Source of the DNA: Podospora anserina
Taxonomy: Eukaryota
Direction of reading: 5' to 3'
Assembly (NCBI GenBank): GCA_017654855.1
Contig: CM030332.1
Span: forward strand, 4,774,001 to 4,838,000
DNA: 64,000 nt
Shown: piece after piece, positions 1 to 12,548 of the stretch
Position numbering within the stretch: the stretch's first letter is position 1
Layout of the letters: each line of letters begins with the position of its first letter
Position numbers and translations under genes: made by a program
Notes under the pieces: generated by a model
What the model was told of the DNA's origin: nothing
The model's database searches: none
The model's input: the letters and a program-made list of their open reading frames with translations, nothing else

Positions 1-1
1 A

Positions 2-1075
2 CACAAGGATAACGACACCGCTGCCTACTACTTCAGAAGAGCAGCCATTGGCCTCAGCATCACCATGAAGCACATGGATCGCCACAGCTCCGGCCTCCTC
101 GACGATACAGAATGGAACCTCCTTAACAGTGGGCTCCCCAATTACTACAGCCATATCGTCTCTCTCTTCGAACGCCAAAAGGCTTACTCGTACGTCGTGG
201 AGTTTTCCCGCCTGGCTCTTCAATTCGTGCAAACCGGTGCGCAGGACACAGCAAGCATTAAGACTGAAATGCTGAGCCGTCTGTTCACCGCCTCCACGGC
301 CATCTCCCACTTTGAGGAAGCCCACTCTGCTCTCCTCCAAATGCAGGACGAAGCCCTGCAGAGATCCTACCTCCGCAAGCTCGTCGAGAAGATGTGCGAG
401 ACGGGCCAAAACAAGCAACTCATCAGCCTCCCCTTTTCCGGTCTGCAGCCCAAGGTGGATGACATCCTCCTCGAGAAGTGCAAAGCCACCCGCGACGTCC
501 TCAGCGGGGTACCCTACCACCAGATCCTCTACGCCTGGAGAATCAGCCACAACGATTACCGCGGTGGCGCCGCCATCCTGCTCGACAGGCTCCAAAAGCT
601 CCGCCAGGCAGGCGAGGGCGACAAGATCAACAGCGTCAACGGCGACGCGCTGGACACGCAGGTCACGAGGCAGTATCTTCTTTTGATCAACGCGTTGAAC
701 TGCGTGCCGCCCGAGGAAGCTTACATTCTGGAGGATGTCTCTTCCGAGGAGAAATCAACCCCCGCCGCTCCTAGAATTAACAACGGCGGCGGTGGTGGTG
801 ATGACCTCGACGCGCAGCTGGAGGATCTCTCCAAGAAGCTCGATGTCGAGAACGTGGTGGATGGGGAGGAGGAGGAGGACGCGGCGCTGGTTGCAAAGAT
901 GAAGTCGTTCTTGTCGAGGCCGGCGGAGGGGCAGGCGCCGAGGAAGCTGCTGACGCTGGCGGACATTAGGAAGAACTACCAGCTCGAGCTGGACAGGATT
1001 GTGGCGATTCAGAATAATCAGTTTGGTATCATGGGAGAGGGTGACGAAGACGTGGACATGATGGATATTGCTTAG
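2..1075 (+). CDS. NUP120: Nucleoporin Nup120/Nup160-family protein, C-terminal part (5' end outside the window)
   Basis: Frame is open from base 2 to the TAG at 1075. The helical C-terminal region (YYSHIVSLFE...EFSRLALQF...LYAWRISHNDYRGGAAILLDRLQKL...LLTLADIRKNYQLELDR) is recalled as typical of fungal Nup120/160; no search was run. Confidence 0.75.
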   Translation, partial: HKDNDTAAYYFRRAAIGLSITMKHMDRHSSGLLDDTEWNLLNSGLPNYYSHIVSLFERQKAYSYVVEFSRLALQFVQTGAQDTASIKTEMLSRLFTASTAISHFEEAHSALLQMQDEALQRSYLRKLVEKMCETGQNKQLISLPFSGLQPKVDDILLEKCKATRDVLSGVPYHQILYAWRISHNDYRGGAAILLDRLQKLRQAGEGDKINSVNGDALDTQVTRQYLLLINALNCVPPEEAYILEDVSSEEKSTPAAPRINNGGGGGDDLDAQLEDLSKKLDVENVVDGEEEEDAALVAKMKSFLSRPAEGQAPRKLLTLADIRKNYQLELDRIVAIQNNQFGIMGEGDEDVDMMDIA

Positions 1076-1649
1076 AACAGCAACAGCAAAAACGTAGAAT
1101 TTGTAGATGGAAGGGGGGAGGGGGAGTAAGCCAAGCAAAGGGAAGATGGATGGGTACCAAGGGATGCGGCGGCGGCTGGGTGTTGGTGTTTTTTGCTGGG
1201 TCTTGTAATGAATGCTTTTTCCGATTTTGTAGTAGGGGTTTTGTTTCTTTTATTTTAAAGCTTTTTGAGGAGAATCAAAAATTGGGAGATGCCTTTTTTG
1301 TTGCCATTGTCAAAAGGCTATCCCCATTTTGCGCTTCTGCTTGTGTACACTCGGTGACCATAAGCGAACAACTACTCGGGAGGAAATCCTTGGCTGACAT
1401 TGAAGACATGACAACCCCTTTATTTTAAACTCCAAAAAACGCCCTGCCCAATGCTGGAGAAAATTATCAAACATAAGCTTTGTACAGCCAAATTCGCTAA
1501 CAGAAACAAGAATCTCCTCGCTGTCACAAAAAAAAAGCCCTCTCTCAATCCGAACTGGCCCCTTCCTTCCTTTTCCTGAACCCACAAAGCTGTCAGCAAA
1601 GGATGCCTCTCATCACCGCCATGGCCACCGCCGCCAAGTCCTGACCAAC

Positions 1650-2790
1650 TTACGCCGGCACAGTGGTAATTCTATCCTCTGTTGGGGCTGGTAGGCCATC
1701 TGGCCCGTTGGTGAGTTCCGGGGCTTGACGATACAGGATGATCTCTGATTGCTTGAAATATCTCCTCGCGTCTACCAAGTTGTTAGAAGACCAGTCACAT
1801 TGGGAGTCGTAGCGAGAAAGCTGCTTACCTTCGTCAATAAGGACGAGACTGAGGTAGTATCTCGTGGAGAACTTCTTGTTGACATCTCTGAACGTTGGTG
1901 TTAGGTCAAACCCGCCCAGGAACAGCCTGATAGGTATCGTTTCTCCTCTTGATGGCGACCCGTCCATGATCTAAGGCTGTTAGCTGTCAAAGTCCTATTT
2001 TACAAAGGTGAGTAAGGAGTATGCAAATAGCCTACCTCGAACCGAACCAGCGTCTCACTCTCGTTATATTGGTTAGGCGCCGCTCCCGTCGTCTCTCGGC
2101 GGATGATGCTCAACTCCATGTGTTTAATCTTTAGGCGCACAAGCAAGAAGTAGATGCGCCCCACAATCACATCCTTGAGGTGGTACTTGCTCTTGCTGTA
2201 CTCAAACTCGATGTGCAGGCAGTCCTCGATACCAACGTCCATCTTGATGCTGCTGTTCATCTCGGGGGGGATGCGATAGCTGTAGACCCAAATGTCCTTT
2301 TCGCGAATGACGTCGGCCATGCGACGGGATACCGTGACGCGGACAAAGTAGCGCAGCTTGACGTTGATGCCGTTGTAAGACTCGTACTGCTTCTCGACAT
2401 TCTTGAAGTTGAAGTCGAAGGTCTGTGGGTGTTGGAGTTCGCCTGGGGCGGCGAGTTCTTGGACGAGGGAGAGGAATTCGTAGTGGTTGCCACGGTCGAA
2501 GAACATCTCTATTTGTCGCAATGGGGTTAGAGTTTTGGATTTGGAGGGAACTGGAGGACATGGGGGCGCATACCGATTGTGCCGATGAACTGGACCTTGA
2601 TGCCTGTGTGCTCTAGCCGCTTGCCATCTTTTGGCCGTATTGTGATGGCGCCTTTGACGGATTCGCCGTCGTTGTACAAGGGTGCCTTCTCCCGTCGGTT
2701 CTTATCAAGCTTGACATCGACCATTGACCTCTCGTCGGCATCTTCTAGCACTATGTCAATATCGACGGGGGTTGCAAAGAAGTACGACAT
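1650..2790 (-). CDS. VPS26: Retromer subunit Vps26 (4 exons)
   Basis: Spliced segments MSYFFATPVDIDIVLED..., KRLEHTGIKVQFIG, YESYNGINVKLRYF, IKMDVGIEDCLHIEFEY and MDGSPSRGETIPIRLFL...RRYFKQSEIILYR, separated by GT-AG introns. Confidence 0.95.
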
Positions 2791-4179
2791 GATGGGCTTG
2801 TATTCGTTCCTCTAAAGTTGCTGCCCTATTGTTTGTGTCTGGTTGTATGATATGATGTGTCGTCGTGGACTCGGATGTATGTGGAGCTGGACTGCTGGGA
2901 TGGCTGGACACTGATGGCGGCGGCTCAATTGTTGAGGAAGAAGGAACTGCAGAGCCCGGGGTTTTTGATACGTTTGTTATGTGTTATTTGCACAGGGAGT
3001 TACAAGGCTGAGAGACCGCAAGTTCGAATAAATTGTAGCTTGAACTGTGTTGCGCCGTCGTTGTTCCTGTGATGTCTGGAGTTGCGAGCTGTCGGTGCGG
3101 GCAGGAAGCACTGCGCGCGGCACGGGAGAGCTCCAGATAGTGGGTGGGACTCTAGGCTTCGTCGGCCAATGACGTCCATCGACTGCGAGCTTGGCTTTGC
3201 CGTCCTCCTGGCAAGTTGATATCGGTACTCTACTTAAACATGTGTCCAAGATCAAAAAGGACAAGTTAAATAACCGGTATTAAGTATATAAGGGTCTCAT
3301 TTGATGTTCAATGGATAAGTGCCTCGGTGAACTGAATAAAGCCTTGTGTGATGAAAGTTGGAATTTCATCAGCCCTTCTTACATGGCACCTCGTCGACTA
3401 CATGTGCATTGGGGATTGCAAAACCATCAAAATAGTCTAGTGAAGTAGCTTGAGAGACTGAGACTTGCAACTAGACACATTGAGAGTCCTCAAGTCTTTT
3501 AAGTACACAAAATTCCTACGGCATCAAACTCTAGGGTGGGCAAAGAGATGGTTGATGGCCTTCTTGATCAGTGAGAAGTGAGACACGTTCGACATATCCA
3601 TGTATAACGCAGCTCAAGGCCCGGGTCCCCATTTAAAATAAAGAGCTGAATCAGTATACAGAGCTGAGAACAAGCACCTGCGAAGTCCTAACATAGGACA
3701 ACAAGTGGTATCTCTTTTCAGGCCAATATTCATGGCAGATGTGATGTCAACCAACCAAGAGTTGCTCAGAATCAACTTCATGTGACGAATGTGGCCGAAA
3801 GTAACCTGTACGGGGCTCGGTTGAAACGTAGCGCGTTGTATTTCCCTCTTTTGCTTCGAAACGTCTTTTACAATCCACCCAGGCTCGACGTTGATGTTTT
3901 GCTGGTGGTGAGGGGTGAAATTCAATTGCGGCAGGCGACAGAAGAAGACGCACAGGCCAGAATGTACCCCACATTGCTCCAGCCTCCCCTCTTTGGACCA
4001 ATCGCAGGAGCGCTTGGACCTCTGCCCTAACAGAAGCTGGAGGCTCAACCGGCGCACAACTTGAATTATTCCGGGTCCCAAAATCGTGTGTGGTTTTTTT
4101 CGGGCTTGCAACTGACCTCCGTCCACCTTGACGACGAGAAATCAACTTGCCTCCTCACTAACCCAACAGCACCGCAGCC

Positions 4180-5295
4180 ATGCGTTACATCCACAGTGAG
4201 GAGACCATCGAGGTCCCGGAGAACGGTACGTGTGCAGTGCTGTCGAAATGAATCCATTGCGTCCCGCCCGATCAAAAGAAGGAGGAACTTTGGGCGCCAT
4301 CATATCGAATTACCAGCGACGACGACGATGACGAGACCCGACCGGTTTTTTTAGCCAGCGATTATTGGGACGATTCGATCGATATCGGGCGGGATTGCTT
4401 GGGATTTTGTCAATGGAAGCAAGGGCAATTGCTGACGGATTTTGCGATACAGTCAAGATCTCCATCAAGTCGAGACTTGTAACGGTTGAGGGCCCCCGTG
4501 GTAAGCAGAAACTCACAATCCTCACTTTGGAGCCGGGAACAGCTTCGGACAATGCGGCTGTCCCGTTCTGGCGAGAAACAGTAACCTAACAACGCGCTCC
4601 AACAGGCAAGCTCACCAAGGACCTGAGCCACATCGCCGTCAACTTCTCCGTCATCAAGAAGGGCGTTATTGGCCTCGAGATCCACCATGGCAACCGCAAG
4701 AACGTTGCCGCTCTCCGCACCGTCCGCACCCTTATCAACAACTTGATCATCGGTGTCACCAAGGGCTTCAAGTACAAGATGCGTTACGTCTATGCCCATT
4801 TCCCCATCAACGTCAACCTTGACGTCAACAAGGAGACTGGCAACCACGTCGTCGAGATCCGGTATGTTACGAACGAATGTGCAGCCCCAGGATGGCAGTG
4901 TGGGAGATGTGACGAACACTTGGAACTTGGGAACATGGGAGAAGAATTTGGGCTGACGAGTGGGTGTGCTACAGCAACTTCGTCGGTGAGAAGCTCGTCC
5001 GCACTGTCGTGATGCAGCCCGGTGTTGAGGTTGAGGCCTCCAAGGCTCAGAAGGATGAGCTCATCCTCCAGGGTAACTCCCTCGAGGCTGTTTCCCAGAG
5101 CGCCGCCGATATCCAGCAGATCTGCAGAGTGCGGAACAAGGATATCCGTAAGGTGTGTGAAGGCCCCAGCTACGGTGGACCAACAGCCACTTTGCTACAG
5201 TGCTACGAGGAAGATAAGGTTTATGGTGCTAACACTGCTTCTAGTTCTTGGACGGTATCTATGTTTCCGAGAAGGGCAACGTTGAGGAGGAGTAA
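4180..5295 (+). CDS. RPL9: 60S ribosomal protein L9 (uL6); exons 4180-4225, 4453-4500, 4606-4861, 4975-5152, 5245-5295
   Basis: Splicing gives [34 protein letters not shown]...[20 protein letters not shown]...RNFVGEK...[20 protein letters not shown]. Splice sites are canonical. Confidence 0.97.
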
Positions 5296-6584
5296 AGAAA
5301 ATGACCACGGGTTTCTTTGTGCTTTATGGGGTTACACCGGAGTGGCAAGGGGTCATGGGCATTTGCATATTTCTTGTAGCGTAAAAAAACGCTGCTGGCA
5401 AAATGGGCAACCTCCTTCTCAACCAAACGGGTTTTGCGGTGTGCATACCAATATCACGTCTTCGAGGTCACGCCTTTTTTTTCTCGAGCTAATGATGATG
5501 ATTTGCTCTCGCCTGTATTTGGGCGATGATGATACCCAGAGCAGACTGGTGATTCAGTTATCACGGGCGGAGCCAAGGTGTTTCTCGTGGGAAAAGCATG
5601 TGTCAATTACTCCCGGACGGAAAATGAATTTGGAAGTAACAAGCAAGTCAAACTACTGCGTGTTTCTAGCCTCTGATATTTGATATATGAGCATGGTGAC
5701 TTTATGGGACCCCCTTTTGTCCTTGATATCGCGTCTAGACAATTCCAGCTTGGAGCAATAGCAGGTCCAGAGAGCACTACATGGACTCTGGGGGCATCGG
5801 CAAGATTACATGGATTGATTGATTCCATGAGAGGCGCCAGCTACCATCCAGGTCTTTGGTTTGGCAGTGTTGCTTTCGTCAACGTTAGATCACCACGCTC
5901 CATCGTTGCCAAAAGCCTAGCTTATCCCCGCGCTTGGTAGCGTTATGATGTATATATAGTTCAGACTCTTCAGGTGGAGAGACGATGCGGCCAGGGACGA
6001 AGTTATTCGGATGGTTTGCTATATTAAAAAAAATACCATTCAAAGAGAAAGTACCACCGTAAGACCAGTTACATTTATCTCTCGTTTACATTCACTCAAC
6101 ACATTCAGCAGGCTCGTTATACAGATATCAGAATTCACATCATCTCATTTTCGTTTCTTCAGTTCCTCTACATAACTTCATACCACATCTCCATTCCCTG
6201 AGCAAAGCCCCCCTCCCTTTCCCTCTCGCATGGCTTGCTTGCTTCTCGACAACGCCCAAAACGCCAGTGCTGAATATAAACCACCCACCATCCCATACCA
6301 TACCAAAAAAAGGGTCAGGTTTCAAAAATCACACACAAATAAAGCCAAAACTCTATATCCCCAGCGTAGAACAAACAAAAATTGCAAGAGTAAAACACAG
6401 GTGCAGAAGGGGCAAAAGGGGCGATGTGTGTGTGTGTGCAAGGGGCTTAATATGTACAAGTCGACTTCGTGTTGCTCGTCGGAAAGAAAAAAAGATCCAT
6501 TTGGGTTGTGTTTATTTTTCTCCCTTGAATCTCTGAAAATATGGCAAGGGTAAAAGTCGGTGGTCATGAGAATAAGCTCAATCA

Positions 6585-7809
6585 TCACCGCGGGGGAGAC
6601 CTCCTTGGTGATCTGGCCGACCTCGCCGACGGGGCGCGGGATACACGTGTCGTGGTCGTCCTCGTTACCCTGCTCCCTTGCCTGCTATGGCGGTGGGATC
6701 GGCGGGTTCGTCTGTCGCTGCTGAGGGAGCCTGGTTGGGGTTGTTAGTGATTCATTTGCAAATGGTGTGGAAGGGGGTCAGGGAGAAAACGTACTAGGAC
6801 TATCGTTTGTGTAAACATCAGAGTAGTAGCTGCTGCTGATATCACTCCTGCTCTTGACCGGGGCTCTCTTCTTCTTATCCTTCTTCAATCCGAGCAGCAA
6901 CGCAAGAGTGCCAAGCGCGGCTCCCATCCCCAACAGGCCGGCGCCGCTCTTCTTATCCTTTCGCGATGATACTGTGCTAGGTCGGCCGCCATACCACGAA
7001 CCGTGGTTGGTGCGCCCGGCGTGCGAGGATCCGCGGCGGGTGTAGCGCTCTTCCTCGATGATGGTCTCCTTTGTTCTCTTGTCCTTCTTGCCGAACCCAA
7101 GAATGGCCATGACACCGTGCCAAAGACCCCTGACGACGCAGCAAGCGCAGATGGCGAGGAGAAGGGCGACACCGGCGATGGAGCCAATGACGATACCGGC
7201 GATGGCACCGGGGCTCAAGCCACCGGCTGTACCGCCCTCCACTGGTTCCGCGTCATCCCCCGTCTGAATAGCTCCACCAGCCGAGTTCGTCGTTGTCGCG
7301 GTGCCGCTAGTAACGCGAAATGGCGCGCTGAACTGGGTGGTGACGGTTTGCACGGCAGTGTTGGTGTTTGTCACGATAACCACGCCTCCGGGGCCAGCAC
7401 CGGGGTTGGCCATACACTGCCCGGCGTGTTGGCAGTATTGCCAAGAGTCGCAGCAGATCGAGCCGCAGGCAATCCACCCGCTGCCGGCCTCGGGAATGCA
7501 GTCGGCGCCGCTGACACCGGTCGCAGCTGGAATGACGGATTGCCATGTTTTGGTATAAGTCTTGGTCTCAGTCCAGGTTGTCGTGTACCAGGCCACTCCA
7601 CCGCCTGCTCCCGCAGCCGGTGTGCAGGCTGCTATCCCGTTGTTGGTGACGCATGCTGAGTTGGTGTCGCAGCAGTACTGGTTTTGGTAACCGCATGGTA
7701 CTGGGCAGCCGTCGCGCTGAACGAGATAGCCATAACCAGCGGCGTATAAACCGTTGTTGAAGGGGATCGCAGCGGCCGAGCCGGCTAGGAAAAGCCAGAG
7801 CCGCAACAT
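6585..7809 (-). CDS. Uncharacterised type-I membrane protein: signal peptide, two Cys-rich repeats, Thr-rich stalk, TM helix, basic Ser/Arg-rich tail (intron 6731-6794)
   Basis: N-terminus MLRLWLFLAGSAAA; repeats CPVPCGYQNQYCCDTNSAC and CGSICCDSWQYCQHAGQC; TM segment GLSPGAIAGIVIGSIAGVALLLAIC. GTACGT donor and CTAAC...CAG acceptor lead to a TGA at 6585. Confidence 0.85.
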
Positions 7810-9418
7810 TTTGGGGAGCGAGCTGAGAGACTGTCTCGGGAAGTTGGTCGCTTGATGTGTGTTCTGGTGATGATAACCGCAAAAGTGATTGAAAGCCCGC
7901 CGGAGCGGTGAGATGGCGCCGATAGTTTGTGAAGCCGGGAAAAATTCTCAGTGTTGACGCGATCCTGCTCGGCGCAATCCGATGAATGACAATTTGCCAA
8001 ATCGTAAAGTCGTGGATGTCGTGTGAAACAGCTTTTCGCCCGTGATCCTCCTGTCCGTTTGGGGGTCTGAGTTCGGCGGCGAGATGCGTGTAAGTCGACT
8101 CTTGGTGACAGACCCGCTCAAGATAGTTTGCGATAACACCTTGAATGGAGCTTCAAAGCAGCTCTCTTGTCAATGGTGTGGTGAGACAGTGTAAGATGCA
8201 AAAGAAGGAAAAATTCCAGGGGAAAAGAATGCCTAGAACTTGGGGAAACGGACTGGGAGGAAAACCGGGGGGGGAATGCAGTTTGGCGGGATTTATTGCA
8301 AAAGTCGCGAATTGGAAATGGCTGGGTGAGGTGACGGTGGTCGGGCTCAGTGTGGGTTGTGTTCCCAACCTCCCCGCGAACCGAAGCTGTCACGACCAAT
8401 CCACCCACTGTCACCCAGCCTCTCGGTTTTCACGCCCACCTCTCGTCATCTTTCTCTCCCCTTGCACCCTTGGTTGGACCTGACCCATCGTTTTGTAACG
8501 GATCCTTCTTCCCCTTCCCCTCCTTTCTGCATCGTGTTCAGGGTCCTGCTTCTTTTGCGCAAGCGTTTTCTCGGCCGATCTAGATCTTTGACCTACAACA
8601 GCGCCTCGGTCCTGTAGGTCCGGCTCGGGTGTTGCATGGACGGGGGAATATGCGTGAGTGAGCTGGCAGCCCGCAGGAGGTGCCTGTACCTGTCCAGCGG
8701 TCAAACAGCCCCAATCCATGTCCGACAGACAGGAGCCGGTTTGGCTTGTTGCCCTGCTTTTTTAGAGCTCCCCCTTCCGTGCCCCTTTTGATGGTGACGT
8801 CCACTGTTTACCACTCAGGCCCCGCCATCTTGGCTCACTGGATGATTATCACTTATCGCCATGATCCTTGCAACATCCCGTTGCGCGCGCATCTGCAAGA
8901 CCCCGTCCCCATCAGCCAAAGGCCTTGGCCATGGCAGTGAAGAGGAGACACCAACATATTCGATTTACTAGACACGTGATGTATGAGTGAGTGACGCCGT
9001 ATTATGTATATATATCTGCGGTATATCAACGACTTGGAAATCCCACTTATAAGAGAACTGTTATATACCTGTCAGGTTGGCCAAGCTGAGAACAGGATTT
9101 GGATATCCTGGATTTGTACGGAGTAGTAGACAATTTTTAATAAAGGTTGGCGCCAGTGTGCTTCTCGTAAAGATAGTAGCAATTGAAAAGCCTGCTGCCT
9201 TGACACGATCGAGTGTTTGGCGTTGGTTCGGTTGACGGCGCGGACAGCTGCAAGAGAGACGTCCACGCCTCACCCAGCGACGCCAAGCCCACTGGCGCAG
9301 TTACGTAACTTGGGTTGGCCCGCTCCCAGCTGCTGAGAGCTTCATGCCAACCTCGAAGTCCAAGCTCCCACATTGACATTCCCGACTTAACCATTTGATA
9401 CCCACGGTTGCCTGCACC

Positions 9419-11089
9419 ATGTCGCTCGATCCACCGACGTATCTGGCCTCGCTGCAAAGCAACATCCGTCAGCGACCGATTCCCTGGGATGGCGCCGTGC
9501 GCGCAGGAACCCTGACCGAGGAGCAGCTCGCTCGCATCCGCTCCGTCGATAAGGTCAAGAAAGACGTGCGCAAACAGACAATCGAGTCCGATCTGGAGGG
9601 ATATAGCGCCCTGTTCGTGGGAGGATCAGGGAAGAAGAGTGTGTTGGAATTGGCCGCCAAGCGCCAGGATGTGGTCCAGTATATCCTCGTCCTCCTGAAC
9701 GACCTCCTCACAAGTATGTCGTCCTTTCCCACGCCGAGCCATCACAGCTTCCCATGTGAAATCTGATGGCCCCTTCTTTCCGTGGCAGAAAGCAACTCCT
9801 CCAGGACGATGCCCGACATGGATTCTGTCATCTTTCAGAACTGTACCCTGTATTGCAAAGTGCTCTAGCTAACCTAGAATCCATCTTGCTAGCCGTCCCC
9901 GCGCTCTCCAAAGCACTTGCTAAGACTGGCGATCCCTACCAACATTTCATTCCTCTTCTCGGTCACAGAACTGTAACCGACGATCCTATCCCGCTTCTGA
10001 CCTCGACTGTGCTCGTCAGTCTCATGGCTGGTTCCAGAGACGAGTCCCAGGCCGCCTCCAAGGCCCTCCCCCTCATCTACAGTTATCTCTCGTCCCTCAC
10101 AACGAATTCCGACGCAGGTCTTCAGGATATCGGTGTGCAAGAGTACTCATCACTTTTGTATGGTCGTGTTCCCAGGGCGCAGTTTTGGGAGCAGCGGAGC
10201 GAGACTGTGGCCCCCCTGGTAAAGATTCTACGAGCGGCAGCGGGTATTGGCAGCGGTGGTGACGCCACGGCCAGCCTCTGGAGTGGGACAACGAATCCCT
10301 CTAGAAGCGGCTTTGAGGGCTCTCTCGGTGGAGGGGTCGGTCTTCAGTTGCTTTACCATGTGCTGTTAGTCATCTGGCAGCTCAGCTTTGAGGCTGCCGA
10401 TATTGGCGACGATCTCAACAAGTAAGGCGATGCCTATCTGTCACATGTTGTTCGGTAGTGCTAACTGACCCAGGGAATACGACTTCATCGCTCTTTACAC
10501 CCAGCTTCTCCGACTCTCCCCCAAGGAGAAGACCACACGTCTACTCCTCTCCACCCTCCTCAACATCCTCGCCGCTAATCAAAACACGCTGCTTGCCATC
10601 GCAGTGCTTGCCCGCCTCCCAACCCTTTTGGAGACCCTCAAAACGAGACAGTTCAACGACCCCGATCTGAGAGGAGATCTGGACCGGCTCCGCGAGCTGC
10701 TCGAGGAGTACACCAAAACCAAGACCACCTTTGACGAGTATGTAGGCGAAGTCAACTCTGGCCGTCTGCACTGGTCCCCACCCCACCGCAACACAGTTTT
10801 CTGGGCCGAGAATGCCCGCAAGATTCTAGACTACGAGAACGGCGCGCTTATCCGCAAGCTGGTGGATATCATGAAGCAGCCGTGGGAGGACGACAAGTCG
10901 GTGCTAGCGATTGCGTGCAATGATGTTGGGTGTTTGGTGCGTGAGGTGCCCGAGAAGAGGGGCCAGCTGGAGAAACTTGGTTTAAAGACGAGGGTGATGG
11001 AGCTGATGGGGGAGGCGGACGAGAATGTACGGTGGGAAAGTTTGCGTGCCTTGGGTGGTTGGTTGCAGTACAGCTTTGATACGAAATAG
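9419..11089 (+). CDS. VMA13: V-type ATPase V1 subunit H (3 exons)
   Basis: MSLDPPTYLASLQSNIRQRPIPWDGAVRAG..., LQLLYHVLLVIWQLSFE, KEKTTRL, TTFDEYVGEVNSGRLHWSPPHRNTVFWAENA, AIACNDVG. Introns at about 9714-9891 and 10422-10473. Confidence 0.95.
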
Positions 11090-11486
11090 GGGGAGGTTGA
11101 ATTGTGGTGTATGTTGAGTTGAGGGCGAGCATTGGGCAACGGGCAAGGGGTTTTGTAGACCGACTTTTTTTTTAGCTTCATCATGAATGTATTGAATGCA
11201 CCTGTATACCTGCCGTGTTTGTTTGTTGGTAGTCATCTCTGATTGACATGATAAGAGGGGTGAGTTGTTGAAAGAAAAGGGGGACATCCCTTATCTTATC
11301 GGAGCTCTCATCTGCATCTAAGTCATGTCTTGGCCGGTGACATCACTAGCCTCACTTCCATTCTTTATCGATTAGACATTGCTCTACACACCTAAATTGA
11401 TTGAGTTATCAGAATCCACATAGCAGTGTTGCCAGTAAAAGACGAAAAAACAATCAGAAAAACAAGAGAAATCTAGATTTCTCAAA

Positions 11487-12093
11487 ATGGTTAAAAGAGT
11501 AAGTGCGTCCCGTCTTATCATCTGGGCGTGAGTGATGGAGGGGTCAGTCTCCCCACCTTGTCTGGTCTCGCCCTGTCTGTCTCTCTCATATCAAAGGTCT
11601 GGCTAACACGATGATGATGGTTCTTAGGTTTATTTCCTTGCTCATGGGGGGATGGTGCAAGGTTGGTTAATATACCATGCCGCCCGATTACTGTAGTAGA
11701 TATTGTCTGGTTAACATGGTTATTTCCTTTTTTTTTTTCGAAATGAACAGGAGTTGGATTTCGGTATGTTTCTTTTTTTTTCTCGACTTAGCTTCCTCTT
11801 ATCACCCCCCCCCGTAGTGTCTGCTACAAAAAGATTTCGAATAGCTGGAAGCTGATATATACATCCATGGTAGATACTTCACCCGCGGCCGCGCAGCCGA
11901 ACACAAGCTCACCGGCTGGGTCCGAAACACAGACAACAACAAGGTCGAGGGCGAGGCTCAGGGGGCGGAGGACGCCCTCTCCAAGTTCCTCAAAGAGGTG
12001 GACAAGGGGCCGAGAGGCTCCCAGGTTGTCAAACTCGACAAGGAGGATCGGGATGTGGTGGAGGGAGAGGAGGGTTTTGAGATTCGTCGCTGA
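11487..12093 (+). CDS. Acylphosphatase, about 92 aa; exons 11487-11498, 11628-11661, 11751-11763, 11874-12093
   Basis: Manual splicing gives [50 protein letters not shown]...GPRGSQVVKL...GFEIRR*. This contains the acylphosphatase motifs VQGVGFR and GWVRN. It is absent from the ORF track. Confidence 0.92.
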
Positions 12094-12548
12094 TCAAAAC
12101 AACTACAACACCCCACCCACCCAATCTTGCGCGCCTATAGACGAGACCTATAGAGAGAGAGGGCAGAATAATCAAGACAACACCCAATTCAAAAGATCGG
12201 CCCACGCTTTATTGTTCTGTTTTGTGATGCTACTACTATCTTCATGTTTGCTACCGCTCACTGGATATCTCTCATCATTCGCTCCTCTTGTCTAAGTAAC
12301 CTAGCCTCGTCTGTTCTTGTATATATATATAACTTCATTAACATCTCTTCTTTCTTCTTTCCCTTAAACTAACCTATATCCCACCATTGCCGCCCCCATT
12401 AACCAACCTGCCAACTTCCCTACCACGCTATGCCCGCCCAGTTCATCCATGTGACAAAAAACTCAATGCTTTCAAAAAACAATTATATCCTCCTTCATGT
12501 CTTCTACCAATACCTCAATGTTTCTCTCCTAACCCAACAAACATCCAA

